DNA from: Convolutriloba macropyga
Taxonomy: Eukaryota
Reading direction: 5' to 3'
Length of the DNA stretch: 64,000 bases
NCBI RefSeq assembly: GCF_964194025.1
Contig: NC_134474.1
Span: 65,534,001 to 65,598,000 of the forward strand
The translations under genes were made by a program, and so were the position numbers. Shown in pieces: positions 1 to 11,321 of this stretch; position 1 is the first letter of the stretch; each line of letters opens with the position of its first letter. The notes below the pieces were generated by a model that saw only the letters and a list, made by a program, of their open reading frames with translations, was not told the origin of the DNA and did not search any database.

Positions 1-3000
1 ATAATGAAATCAGAAATAGAAACGGGATAAACCCATTAAGCCCAAATTAAGATTCCCGTTACTCAAACTCTGTTCTTAGTTACCATCTATAATGCTTATT
101 GGTATTGATACTAGCCCCTATGTTTTACGGCTCTTGTCCTTTTGAATATGTAAAAATGGTTTTGTTATTATTGGACCCGCAAGCCAAGGGTTCTTACAAA
201 TCAAAAATGCTTTTCTCCAAAATTATTCTAAGGCCTATGGTTTTATTCGCCCAGCCTTTACTAAATTAAAAAATAATGGATTTGAACTGCCAATTATGGT
301 GTTTTTCCTTTCTTTTTTTGATTTTTTCTGTTTGCATTTCATTTTTTAACATTTGGCGTTGGGGTTTGGTAGCTTCATTTCATCAAATTTTGAACAAAGC
401 TGCGTTTCTGCTAAAAATCGTAGGGCTTGGTTTTGGTAACATTCGATTCCTTGCGTTTGAATATTGTTGTCTCTTTTGTGTTTTTCATGTTTAATTTTAT
501 TAAATTTTTTGGTCTTTTTTGAGTTTTATCGTGTTCCTTGTGATTGAAAGCGACAACTAATATTTATCATTAGAGCGAACAAGTTTATTTGGTTACCAAT
601 TGAATTCTGTTTTTAGATTGTAAAATAATGTTTCGATTGAGAGAACATTTTTTGATTTTTTGGCCATTTCTTGCAGTTTTCAAAGTTTTCGAAATGAAGT
701 TTTGGGAGTCTAACATTACTTGACTTTTGGTGTTCGCGTATTTTGAGTTTTTCAATTGCGTACAAAATTTGGCTTATTTTATATATAGGAGTAACGTAAT
801 TTTTAGTTCAGTTGGGCTTCCTCAGTTTTTGACTTCATATTTGTTGTTATTATTTGACCCTATGATTAAGTTATTATTAAGTCCCTTTATTACGAACCGG
901 AATTTTCCAGGCTATGTTTTTACTTCGTTGAATACAAATTTTTTTGCTTTACCTTAGGTCACAGCTTGTTCATTATTTTGCGTGAAATCTTTTTGACGTC
1001 CCTTGGCTAGTTTCACTCTTCTCTCTTTCTGCTAAAAGTTTTTTAGACAGCAGTTGCGCAGCATAGACATTCAAAGTGAACAGAGTCTGTATCAAAAATG
1101 AAATCAGAAATAGAAGCGGGGTAAACGCATTAAGCCCAAATTAAGATTCCCGCTACTCAAACTTTGTTCTTAATTACCATCTACAAGGCTTATTGGTATT
1201 GATACTAGCCCCTATGTTTTACGGTTCTTGTCCTTTTGAATATGTAAAAATGGTTTTGTTTTTATTGGACCCGCAAGCCAAGGGTTCTTACAAATCAAAA
1301 ATGCTTTTCTCCAAAATTATTCTAAGGCCTATGGTTTTATTCGCCCAGCCTTTACTAAATTAAAAATAATGGATTTGAACTGCTAATTATGGTGTTTTTC
1401 CTTTCTTTTTTTGATTTTTTCTGTTTGCATTTCATTTTTTAACATTTGGCGTTGGGTTTTGGTAGCTTCATTTCATCAAATTTTGAACAAAGCTGCGTTT
1501 CTGCTAAAAATCGTAGGGTTGGTTTTGGAAACATTCGATTTCTTGCGTTTGATCATTGTTGTCTCTTTAGTGTTTTTCATGCTTAATTTTATTAAATTTT
1601 GTGGTCTTTTTTGAGTTTTATCGTGTTCCTTGTGATTGAAAGCGACAACTAATATTTATCATTAGAGCGAACAAGTTTATTTGGTTACCAATTGAATTCT
1701 CTTTTTAGATTGTAAAATAATGTTTCGATTGAGAGAACATTTTTTGATTTTTTGGCCATTTCTTGCAGTTTTCAAAGTTTTCGAAATGAAGTTTTGGGAG
1801 TCTAACATTACTTGACTTTTGGTGCTCGCGTATTTTGAGTTTTTCAATTGCGTACAAAAGTTTGGCTTATTTTATATATAGGAGTAACGTAATTTTTAGT
1901 TCCGCTGGGCTTCTTCAGTTTTTGACTTCATATTTTTTGTTATTATTTGACCCTATAATTAAGTTATTATTAAGTCCCGTTATTACGAACCCGAATTTTC
2001 CAGGCTATGTTTTTACTTCGTTGAATACAAATTTTTTTGCTTTACCTTAGGTCACAGCTTGTTCATTATTTTGCGTGAAATCTTTTTGACGTCTCTTGGC
2101 TAGTTTCACTCTTCTCTCTTTCTGCTAAAATTGTTTTTAGACAGCAGTTGCGCAGCATAGACATTCAAAGTGAACAGAGTCTGTATCAAAAATGAAATCA
2201 GAAATAGAAGCGGGGTAATCCCATTAAGCCCAAATTAAGATTCCCGTTACTCAAACTTTGTTCTTAGTTACCATCTACGATGCTTATTGGTATTGATAAA
2301 AGCCCCTATGTTTTACGGCTCTTGTCCTTTTGAATATGTAAAATGGTTTTGTTATTATTGGACCCGGAAGCCAAGGGTTCCTACAAATCAAGAATGATTT
2401 TCTCCGAATTCTTCTTAGGCCTATGGTTTTATTCGCCCTGCCTTTACTAAATTAAAAATAATGGATTTGAACTACCAATTTTGGTGTTTTTCCTTTCATT
2501 TTTTGAAGTTTTTTTGTTTGCAATTCCTTTTTTAACATTTGGTATTGGGGTTTTGGTAGCTTCATTTCGTCAAATTTTGAACAAAGCTGCGTTTCTGCTA
2601 ATAATCGTAGGGCTTGGTTTTGGTAACATTCGATTTCTTGCGTTTGAATATTGTTGTCTCTTTAGTGTTTTTCATGTTTATTTTCATTAAATTTTTTAGT
2701 CTTTTTTGAGTTTTATCGCGTTCCTTGTGATTTAAAGCGACGACCAATATTTATCAATAGAGCGAACAAGTTTATTTGGTTACCAATCGATTACTGTTCT
2801 TATATTGTAAAATAATGTTTCGATTAAGAGAACATTTTTTTGGCCATTTCTTGCAGTTTTCTAAATTTTCAAAATGAAGTTTTGGGAGCCTAACATGACT
2901 TGACTTTTGCTGCGAGCGTAATTTGACTTTTTCAATTGCGTACAAAAGTTTGACTTGTTTTATATATAGGAGTAATGTAATTTTTAGGTAATTTTTAGTC

Positions 3001-3360
3001 CCTATAATTAAGTTATTATTAAGTACCTTTATTACGAACCGGAATTCTCCAGGCAATGTTTTTACTTCGTCGAATACAAATTTTTTCTCTTTACCTTAGG
3101 TCATAGGTTGTTTCAACATTTTGCGTGAAATCTTTTTGACTTCTCTTGGCTAGTTTCAATCTTCTCTCTTTCTGCTAAAATTGTTTTTAGACAGCAGTTG
3201 CGCAGCAAAGAAATTGAATGTGAATAGAGTCTGTATCAATAATGAAATCAGAAATAGAAACGGGATAAACCCATTAAGCCCAAATTAAGATTCCCGTTGC
3301 TCAAACTTTGTTCTTAGTTACCATCTATAATGCTTATTGGTATTGATACTAGCCCCTATG
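1..3360. repeat. Tandem array of ~1.05-1.09 kb units (3+ copies, runs off the left edge), inside a Helentron/DINE-like element
   Basis: AATGAAATCAGAAATAGAA recurs at ~3, ~1097, ~2191 and ~3241. Short ORFs repeat with the same period. The unit shares blocks with the 51-56 kb array. Confidence 0.95.
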
Positions 3361-3536
3361 TCCTCTCACTATGAAACAGGAGTATGTTTAGCTCCAAAAT
3401 GACATCAAAATAGTTCGCACTTTAAAATTGTTTGTGTATCAAAATAAGTTTTTCATTAGTTTTTTCACTTCTTTCAATCAAATCTTGGTTATGGGAATCA
3501 ACGGCGGCTGTTTTCCGGCAATCTGCCGGGTATGTT
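3361..3536 (+). mobile_element. 3' terminus of a non-autonomous Helentron/DINE-1-like element (family A)
   Basis: subTIR GGCGGCTGTT (3503-3512) is followed by hairpin CCGGCA-ATC-TGCCGG (3515-3529) and TATGTTT. A near-identical end lies at 57200-57243. Confidence 0.7.
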
Positions 3537-3941
3537 TATGCTGGCCCACCAGTGTTTATGCTGGTTGGACGTTATTGTCAATTTCGTTGTCTCGTTTTCA
3601 TATGTACCGTTTCATATGTCCTTGAGAGTTCTTTTAGGTTCTACATCTCGCAGTACTTTCCTCTGTACTTCATTGTTCAACATCGTTGGACAAATGTTCA
3701 TTTGGAACTTTGTTTGCAATGAAATCTTTTCGAAGTAAGTCCTCGCAATTTTTCATAGGCATCGTGCAATAAAGCAACGTGCTTGAAAATCTGTGGAGCT
3801 TCATCATCAATGAATTATCAGCGTGCCATACTTGACTTCTATAAAATAAGATCGATAAAACATATGCGGATATTGTAATTAATTTTACGTAATGAGCGAT
3901 ACATCTGACAAACAATATTGATAGATGTTTAAGATCTGAGA

Positions 3942-4433
3942 ATGCCGCCTCGTTTATCGAGAGAGTTCAATTTTGCTGCTCGCACTGTAATGCTCAGAAA
4001 CCCGGCAGATGTCATCAATGCATACAGAAAACTTCAGATGTTAGTTTTTGCAAAATTAGCAGCAATTTAAAGTTACATAATTTGTAATTACATGATTATA
4101 TTACAACAACAGCATGAAAAAACTGGGGTACATACGCATCAAATGACCTCATAAACAACGGATTAATGGATTAATGTTAAATGACAGCTTCAATCATTTT
4201 GCCCAAATTTTGCCATTGGCTAAAGTGCTGAAACAGTATTAATCCTGTTGTTTAGGCGGTGTCAGAAGGAGGGAATTCTAAAAGAGGCTCAAAGACAGAG
4301 GTATTTTGAGAGGCCTGCGCAACGAAGGAAACGTTTGGCTATTGAAAAATGCACCACCTTGTATAATCAAGGACTGCATGAGAAGTTAGATTTCATCAAA
4401 CGAGCATACCGCCCTGATCCCTGGCTGCATTGA
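3942..4433 (+). CDS. MRPS21: Mitochondrial small ribosomal subunit protein bS21m, 91 aa; exons 3942-4039 and 4256-4433
   Basis: Spliced product MPPRLSREFNFAARTVMLRNPADVINAYRKLQMRCQKEGILKEAQRQRYFERPAQRRKRLAIEKC..LYNQGLHEKLDFIKRAYRPDPWLH matches MRPS21 motifs (F-ARTVM, AYR-L, R-YxE-P, DPW). The GT-AG phase-2 intron 4040-4255 keeps the frame. Confidence 0.92.
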
Positions 4434-4726
4434 AAGTTTGTTATAATTTTAATTAAATTCTTTTCGGCTATGTTTTTGTGCGGAAAGATCTGCTGTGAAA
4501 AGATGAGACTTAAAATATGTATTTTAAGTTTTTATGGAAGTATTTAAGTATTTAGTATTTTTATATGTAAGGAAGCAAACGCTGTTTTTGTTCCATAACT
4601 GCGAATCGATTGCCGGGGCTATTACTGACCTCTTGTTAGTGGACCATATTATCGGTAATTTTGATAAAAACGTATTTAAAACCGAAAGTGCGTAAAGTGA
4701 AAAAGTGTTTAAGTCAAATTGGGCGC

Positions 4727-4844
4727 AAAATTGATGATGAAAAATTTTTGGTCATCGCTTCTCTTATATAGAATTAATGTAACTAGACTAAAAAAGCCTT
4801 TGATACACTAGGACACTCAATTATCGAATAACTTGCATACATGG
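4727..4844. repeat. Left copy of a perfect 118-bp direct repeat flanking the BEL/Pao insertion
   Basis: Identical by eye to 8974-9091 (AAAATTGATGATGA...TTGCATACATGG). Confidence 0.93.
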
Positions 4845-5064
4845 TGTTGCGGTGCAACATTAATTGAATCACTTGCTTAGAAATGCTTTATTATAACGCT
4901 TTATGCTTAAGAATCTCAAGCTCGAAAAGACCAAGTGGATGTGATAATATCGTTTGAAATTATGAATATTTGGTTTCAGCACGTGGTTAATTATCATTGT
5001 TTTCCTCATCTTGCTCGGATTGCATTGAAGGTCATTGTATCAAAGGCTATTGTAAATCGTAACA
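4845..5064 (-). repeat. 3' LTR (220 bp) of the BEL/Pao element
   Basis: On the - strand it reads TGTTACG...GCAACA, is preceded by purine-rich AAGGAGGCCGGTA (PPT, 5065-5077), and contains AATAAA about 45 nt before its end. Confidence 0.8.
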
Positions 5065-5275
5065 TACCGGCCTCCTTGAACTGGTTCAACCTTATTAATA
5101 TATCATTGAAACTGGCTTTCTGGTTAAGTGGTCAATTGCTGTAAATAGTTTTTCTCGGCAACCCATTACAAGTTTGTTGATACTTTCTTTAATTCAATCA
5201 GTTCTTGTTTGTCAGTTTTGTACAGTTGTAATTTACATTTCCTTGATGTCATTCCTCGTCTGCATCCTCTGTTGT

Positions 5276-8200
5276 TCATTCTTCATCTGTGTCATTTTCT
5301 TTGTCAGATCCTAATGACGGCATGTCAATATCCTCTTTCATTAACAAGACAAGCTTGTTGACTGGTCGTATAAATAGTCCAGATGATGTCTTCAGTTCAA
5401 CAACTCGAACTATTTTATCATTTCCATCAAAGACCTTTGTTATTCGTCCCATTGGCCACAGAGTGGGTGGTGTGTTCTCTTCCTTGATTATTACTACATC
5501 ATTGATGTCAATATTTGGTTGTCCCGTTTGCCATTTTTTACGTTGTTGTAAATTTGACAAATATTCTGTTGACCACTTCTTCCAAAAGTCTCTGATAAGA
5601 TTGTCCATCCTCTTCTTCTGTCGTGTCAATGAAATTGTTTCTTTTCCTGTTGTTTTTGGTTCAGGCAATGCTGTGATTGGACGTCCTATCAAAAAGTGTC
5701 CTGGTGTAAGTGCTAAGGCATCATTGGGATCATTTGAAACGGACGTAATAGGCCTTGAATTTAAGATTGCTTCAATTTGTGTCAACAGTGTTGTGAAGTC
5801 TTCAAAAAACAATTTTGTTCTTCCAATGCTGCGGTACATGTGGCGTTTCAAAGATTTGACAGCGGCCTCCCATAGTCCTCCAAAATTTGGTGTTCTCGGC
5901 GGTATAGTAAGCCAAGTAATATTGTTCTCCTTGCCGAACGTTGATATCAAATCTTCAAACTCGTGCGTAGCTAAGGCTTGTCGAAACTCCAACTCTCCCT
6001 TGGTCCCAATGAAAGTTGTTGAGTTGTCGCTGTATATTGCATCAGGAATACCTCGACGAGACACAAATCGTTTAATGGCTGCAAGACAGTCGTCCTTGGT
6101 CAGAGACAAAACTGGCTCTATGTGAACTGCCTTCGTACTGAAGCAAATGAAAATTGCAACGTATGTTTTCAAAAGCGTTCGAGTTCCATTTTTCGTGTAG
6201 AACGGTCCACAAAAGTCGAGTCCGCAGTGACTGAACGCAAAGGACGGCACTACTCGCTCTCGAGGTAGATCTCCCATCTGAGGCTGTAACAATTTGGCAT
6301 CAAAACGGATACATGGCTTGCATCTGTATAAGACACCTTTCACTACAGAAAGCCCTCCAGGTATCCAAATATTTCGTCGAAGCGTGTATAACGTCAGTTG
6401 AGGTCCTCCGTGAAGATTTTTCTCGTGTGCTTCTCGAATAAGCATTTCAGTGATTGGCGATTTTCTTGGAATAAGAACTGGAAATTTTCGGTCTATTGTG
6501 TAGGGTGAATTGGCTAGGCGTCCTCCAACTCGAATCACCTTATTTTCTTCATCAAAAAATGGTGAAAGGCTGTTGAGACTGCTGCTTCTAGGAAATTTTT
6601 GTCTTTTGTGTCTCCCTTTAGTGGCTGCTGCATAGGCGTTAACGAAACATTTTATTTCTCTGGTGTCATCTTTGTTGAATTGATGTACTGTTTCGCTAGA
6701 ATTTTCTGTATTCCCGGTAGACACGATGTACAGTTGATCCCCAGGGCCCCCGGCCCAACCTATACCATGTCTGACATCATCCCTTGAGACCCCGACAGCT
6801 TCTACGCTGTCAAGACATCCTGGGCCCCCGGCCCTCCCTATACCTAAGGAATTGGTAATAGAAACTGAGTTGGCATTTTCACCTGCGTCCCCGGCGCTGA
6901 CAAGACTACCTGGGCCCCCGGCCCTACCTATACCTAAGGAATTGGTAGTAGAAACATTATCATCTGCGCCCCCGGCGCTGAAAAGATTACCAGGGCCCCC
7001 GGCCCTACCTGTACCTAAGGAATTAGTAGAAACGGAGCTCGCATTTTCACCTGCGCCCCCGGCGCTGACAAGACTATCTGGGCCCCCGGCCCTACCTATA
7101 CCTAGTGAACTAGTAGAAAAAGAGCTCAAACTTTCATCTGCGCTCCCAGCGCTGACAAGACTAAGACTACCTGGGCCCCCGGCCCTACCTATAACCTCAG
7201 GAGTACCGGCTGAACTTGAGCTCCAATTTTCGTCCGGGCCCTTGGCGTTGACAAGACATCCCGGGCCTCCGGTCCTACCTAAGTGTTCAGGACCATTGGT
7301 AACTAAAGAGATCCCCGTGCCCTTGCCAATCCTGGTGTTGATGTAAGCACCTGGGCCCCCGGCCCTACCTATACCACCGACCCCCTCTGGTCCAGTGGAT
7401 TTGATACGTTGCTGACCGTATTGTTTTGTCGCATCTCTGCTGCTGTTGTTTGCATCTTCAGTGGGCTGATTCATGATGATCTTGTATTCATGAAGAAAGT
7501 TTCGCTGTATGAAGCTGTACAGTTGAAGTCGTCCTTCGTATAAATCTTTCCCTTGTAAAGAGACTGAATTATAAGTCCAGATCATTGGTTGAGACGTAGA
7601 CTCATTACTATCAGACCTTTCGTTTGGCGTTGAAGAGCATGCTTTTATGCTGTTCGACATTTTTGTTGTCCGTTGTTTCGGTTTTGAACATTGAATTCTT
7701 CTCCTGATACTGCAGATGAACTTTTGGACATAGGTAAATATCCTTGTAACTTTATGTATTGACGAATGCCGATTTATCATCAAAAAAATTGCGTTATCTT
7801 CTTTTGATGAAATCATTGTCACGTTTTCAGATTGCACCTTTACTTCTTTTTTGGTCTCTTCTCCTGTAGGTGACAAAATGTCAAGTGAAGGCCAGGCGTT
7901 TTCAGGTTGCCGCAACCACTCTGGTCCATCCCACCAAAGCTTATGGTTCATCAAATCAGCTGCTGCTAATCCTCTGGAAGCACAATCCGCTGGATTATCT
8001 TCTGTTGGGACATATTTCCAACTACTGGCTGGAATAATTTCTTGTATTTTCGCTACTCGGTTGGCGACAAATGTTTTCCATTTCCTCGGATAATCTTGTA
8101 GCCAAGCAATTGTAACTGTAGAATCTGACCACGCAAAAACCTTCGGAGTTGGAAACCGTTCATCGCTAATAGCATTTGTCACTGCCTCAACAAGCTTAGC

Positions 8201-8970
8201 TCCTAGCAGAGCAGCACAAAGTTCCAACCTTGGCACACAAACTGATTTAATTGGTGCAACTCTCGTCTTTGCTGTAAGCATTTGTTTCAATGAAATTGTC
8301 TGTCTCTTGTCTGATGAAAACGACAGCAGCATAAGCTGTAGTAGAAGCGTCGCAAAAGACGTGCAACTGCAAATCTGATTTCGTGGTTGGCTTGAGAACC
8401 TTCCGTTGCAGACTAATTTTTTCAAGATCCTTCAGTTGTGCTCGAAGTCGCAGGTACTGCTCTAGAATTGGGTCCGATAAAGGTTGATCCCAGCTAAGTT
8501 TGTCCATCCACAACAGTTGAACAAAGGATTTATGTTGAATAGTCGTTGGTGATAGCCATCCCAGTGGGTCAAATAAACGTGAAACTTCTGAGAGGATGTG
8601 CCGTTTTGTAAATGGAGTTCCCTTGTCAAGTTTTACTGTGAAACCAAATTGATCAGGATTTGGATTCCACCTTATCCCAAGCGTCTTAATGGCATAGTCT
8701 TCGCTTTCAATTATCTTCTCGTCTTCCGTTTCTCTGAAAGTGGCAGCTAGTCTTGATACAAGTTTTGAGTCGCTAGATACCCATTTTCGTATATCAAAAC
8801 CTGCTGAAGCAAGAAGCGTAATAATGGCGTCCTGAAGCTTCTCTGCGGCTTCTGAATCTTCGCATCCCGTAAGTAGGTCATCCACATACATATCAGTTGT
8901 TAGTGACAAACGAAGTTTAGTGTTTGTTGTTTCGTCGGCAAGAACTTGTAGTGGTCGAATTGAATAAAAG
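5276..8970 (-). pseudogene. BEL/Pao pol fragment (RT C-terminal half, RNase H, Gly-rich insert, integrase) with one frameshift near 8282
   Basis: ORFs 8247-9002 and 5276-8425 join as ...ETDNFIET / MLTAKTRVAP. No gag or protease is present. Confidence 0.9.
6741..7390 (-). repeat. In-frame coding minisatellite: 8 copies of G(R/W)(A/T)GGP with a ~27-36 aa period
   Basis: GGGCCCCCGGCCCTACCTATACC recurs on the + strand and translates as GIGRAGGPGSLVSAG... Confidence 0.9.
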
Positions 8971-8973
8971 ACG

Positions 8974-10075
8974 AAAATTGATGATGAAAAATTTTTGGTC
9001 ATCGCTTCTCTTATATAGAATTAATGTAACTAGACTAAAAAAGCCTTTGATACACTAGGACACTCAATTATCGAATAACTTGCATACATGGGCTTGATTG
9101 ATTCCTGACTATTGTGAAAATGGACAACAATGTTTAAAAACACGAGAGTTCAAATCTGAATTTAGACATGAAACAAGTGGAGTCCCCCAAGGGTCAATAA
9201 TGGAGCCACTTATCTTCCTGGTATTTATAAATGATCAGCCAACTAACATAGGACATATAGTCAAACGTTTGGTTATGCCGATGACTATAAATTGCTGTCG
9301 GAAAGTTCCATATTACTGCAAGAAGATCTTGACGCACTAACTTATTGGTGTGACATAAACGGTATGCAGCTTCATAAAAGCAAGTTTCAAATTCTGAGCG
9401 TCGAGAATAGCTTCGACCAAAAAGTCATCTGTCACAACACAGAAAGATCTAGGAATAATGGTCGCAAATGGCCTGAATTGGCTAAAAAAAATTAAAAGAT
9501 AAAAATCTAAAGCTATAGGGTCCCTCAAACGTAGGCTATGAAGTCCCATTTGTAGATTATGGTTGCCAGGTTTGGTACGCGACCAAAACATACCTACACG
9601 ACATTGCGAAATTACAGAACAATGCTACAAGATGGATATCGAGATCATCATTACAAGAAGAGACTGATCAAATTAAAGATATTACCACTTTCTCTTTATT
9701 ATGACCTACTTTTGTTGCTCTTACTTTGTGACATAAAGGGCAGATACGACCTGAACATCGATAACTTTATTAGTTTTAATAACAATGAACGTACTAGGCA
9801 AGGGCAAAACAGCAAAATCAAGATTTCCGCGAAACGATTAAGCAAGACTGATGAAAACGTTTGGTCAAGAAGTTTGCTACTTTTCAACATAATCAACAAA
9901 TCTTTTAGATCCAGCTCATTTAAAATCACGAGTAAGCGACATCTATTGGCAACGCTTCCTCGGCAACTATGACGAAAAAACACGCAGCTAAAGAATTGTG
10001 CCAAAACTAACCCAATATCAAAACCAACTGATTTATAAACTGAAAGAGTTTGAGAAGTGCTCATGCACTAAAGTG
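8974..10075 (+). mobile_element. Degenerate CR1/L2-group LINE RT fragment; its first 118 bp is the duplicated target of the BEL insertion
   Basis: Broken-frame motifs KKAFDTLGH, SGVPQGSIMEPLIFLVFIND, LQEDLDALTYWCDINGMQL, YKKRLIKLKILPL and terminal KCSC. Confidence 0.8.
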
Positions 10076-10322
10076 CTCACTCTTAAACTACTACTATTGG
10101 TAGCTGTCGTTCAATCTCCTAATATCTGTGGCAGTATCTGTTCTTTCGTTTGGATATCATGCTTTTTAGGGCTGATTTAGATGAGTAACGTTCAATTGAG
10201 CATGTGGTACGTCCCCCCATCACCAAGTAAAGTACTCAATAAGCTTAATCGTTCGGCTACCGAACAAGCTAACTCTTCTCGAGTCTTTTGAAATTCGTGT
10301 ATTGTTAAGCTGTTACGTTTTC

Positions 10323-10722
10323 AATTGCTTTTGAGCGAAGTTCAAAGCAATTATTGTTAACATGCTGGTCTTTTTAATGCAAAAGTATGGGGATGCAAAA
10401 GTCTTTTCCCGAGGGAATTTTATGCCCTTCAATTTCTAAAGTTTTACTTGATCTAAATTTCTCGCTCCTTCACAAGTTTCAGCAGCTGAACTCAAGTGGT
10501 GACAGTTCACTATGTAAAGCCAATTGAAAAGTGCACCAAATTTGGTGTTATTTTTTTTACTTTAAATTTTATCAGTTTATAATAGCCTCTAATGATATCA
10601 TTTGATGTATAATACTTTTTTGGAGGTTATTTACCCCCCCCCCCCCCCCCTCCCGACTGAATGTAGATTAGAGCTCCAACTAGTCGTTCGAGAGCAATTC
10701 TTCTGACGTCAGTAGGTTGTTT
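10323..10722 (+). mobile_element. Non-autonomous Helentron/DINE-like element (family B), degenerate
   Basis: 5' end AATTGCTTTTTGAGCGAAGTTCAAAGCAATT; 3' end GTTCGAGAGCAATT followed by a degenerate hairpin; internal poly-C tract. Confidence 0.6.
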
Positions 10723-11281
10723 TTTCTGTCCTAATGTCACATCACTCTTCGAAATCTGCTTTTTGTCCCTCATTAATTGTCCCATTTGTCCCAGTGGTTT
10801 TAGACAGGTGCTTTGTGCTGGCTCAGGAAGCTAAGTTTGAAGCTAGTAGTTATTTAGGTAATAGTTTCAGTGAAATTGCCAACACTAAACTTAAAATTTT
10901 TCAATATTTTTTTTGACTGAATCAGCATAATTTTTGCGTCTTTCATTCTATTGCCTTACAAGAGACCAAACAGCAAGTTCTCCAGTGGCAGCTGGCATTT
11001 GTTTTTCTCTCCGACTTAAATCTCTCGAAAAAGGAATTCTGTAATTGATTGATGAATTTAAATTTATATTATAATCGGCGATCAAAACGAGATCATTCAA
11101 ACTAGATTATCCTAGGGCTAATTTTCATGGATACAAGGTTTAAAACGAGATTTTTCAAAGATTAATTGAAAGGATTTAATTTAAAATCGTAATTCGTTTT
11201 TTTAGCATGTCTTTAATTTCAGCTACCTTATTCGCTTCTATTATTCGGCAATCGGAAACGGTCATATAAGAGTGAATACAT

Positions 11282-11282
<1 letters not shown>

Positions 11283-11321
<39 letters not shown>

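Larger units (their letters stand above)
4845..8973 (-). mobile_element. 5'-truncated BEL/Pao LTR retrotransposon (partial RT, RNase H, integrase, PPT, 3' LTR)
   Basis: RT YVDD and TLGIRWNP; RNase H FCDAS, PRLEL, WSDS and NPADCASRG; integrase HHCC (H-EKNL-H...CKPC) and DDE (LDFCGP, SDNS, WEAAVK); C-terminal LTPGHFLIGRP...WPMGRI...RPVNKL. A single LTR is present. Confidence 0.95.

Noticed and set aside
4727-4844. 118-bp direct repeats as the LTRs of the retrotransposon
   Set aside because: They lack TG..CA ends, PBS and PPT, and they encode a LINE RT motif. The real LTR is 4845-5064.
5289-7346. + strand ORFs of 278 aa and 164 aa
   Set aside because: They are antisense shadows of the BEL integrase and the GC-rich repeat, with no independent motif.
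6741-7390. CRISPR-like repeat-spacer array
   Set aside because: The context is eukaryotic, the 'spacers' are homologous to each other, and the whole region is in frame within pol.
8270-8290. Programmed frameshift in BEL pol
   Set aside because: It falls inside RNase H and has no slippery heptamer. A small deletion in an A-run, or a sequencing error, is more likely.
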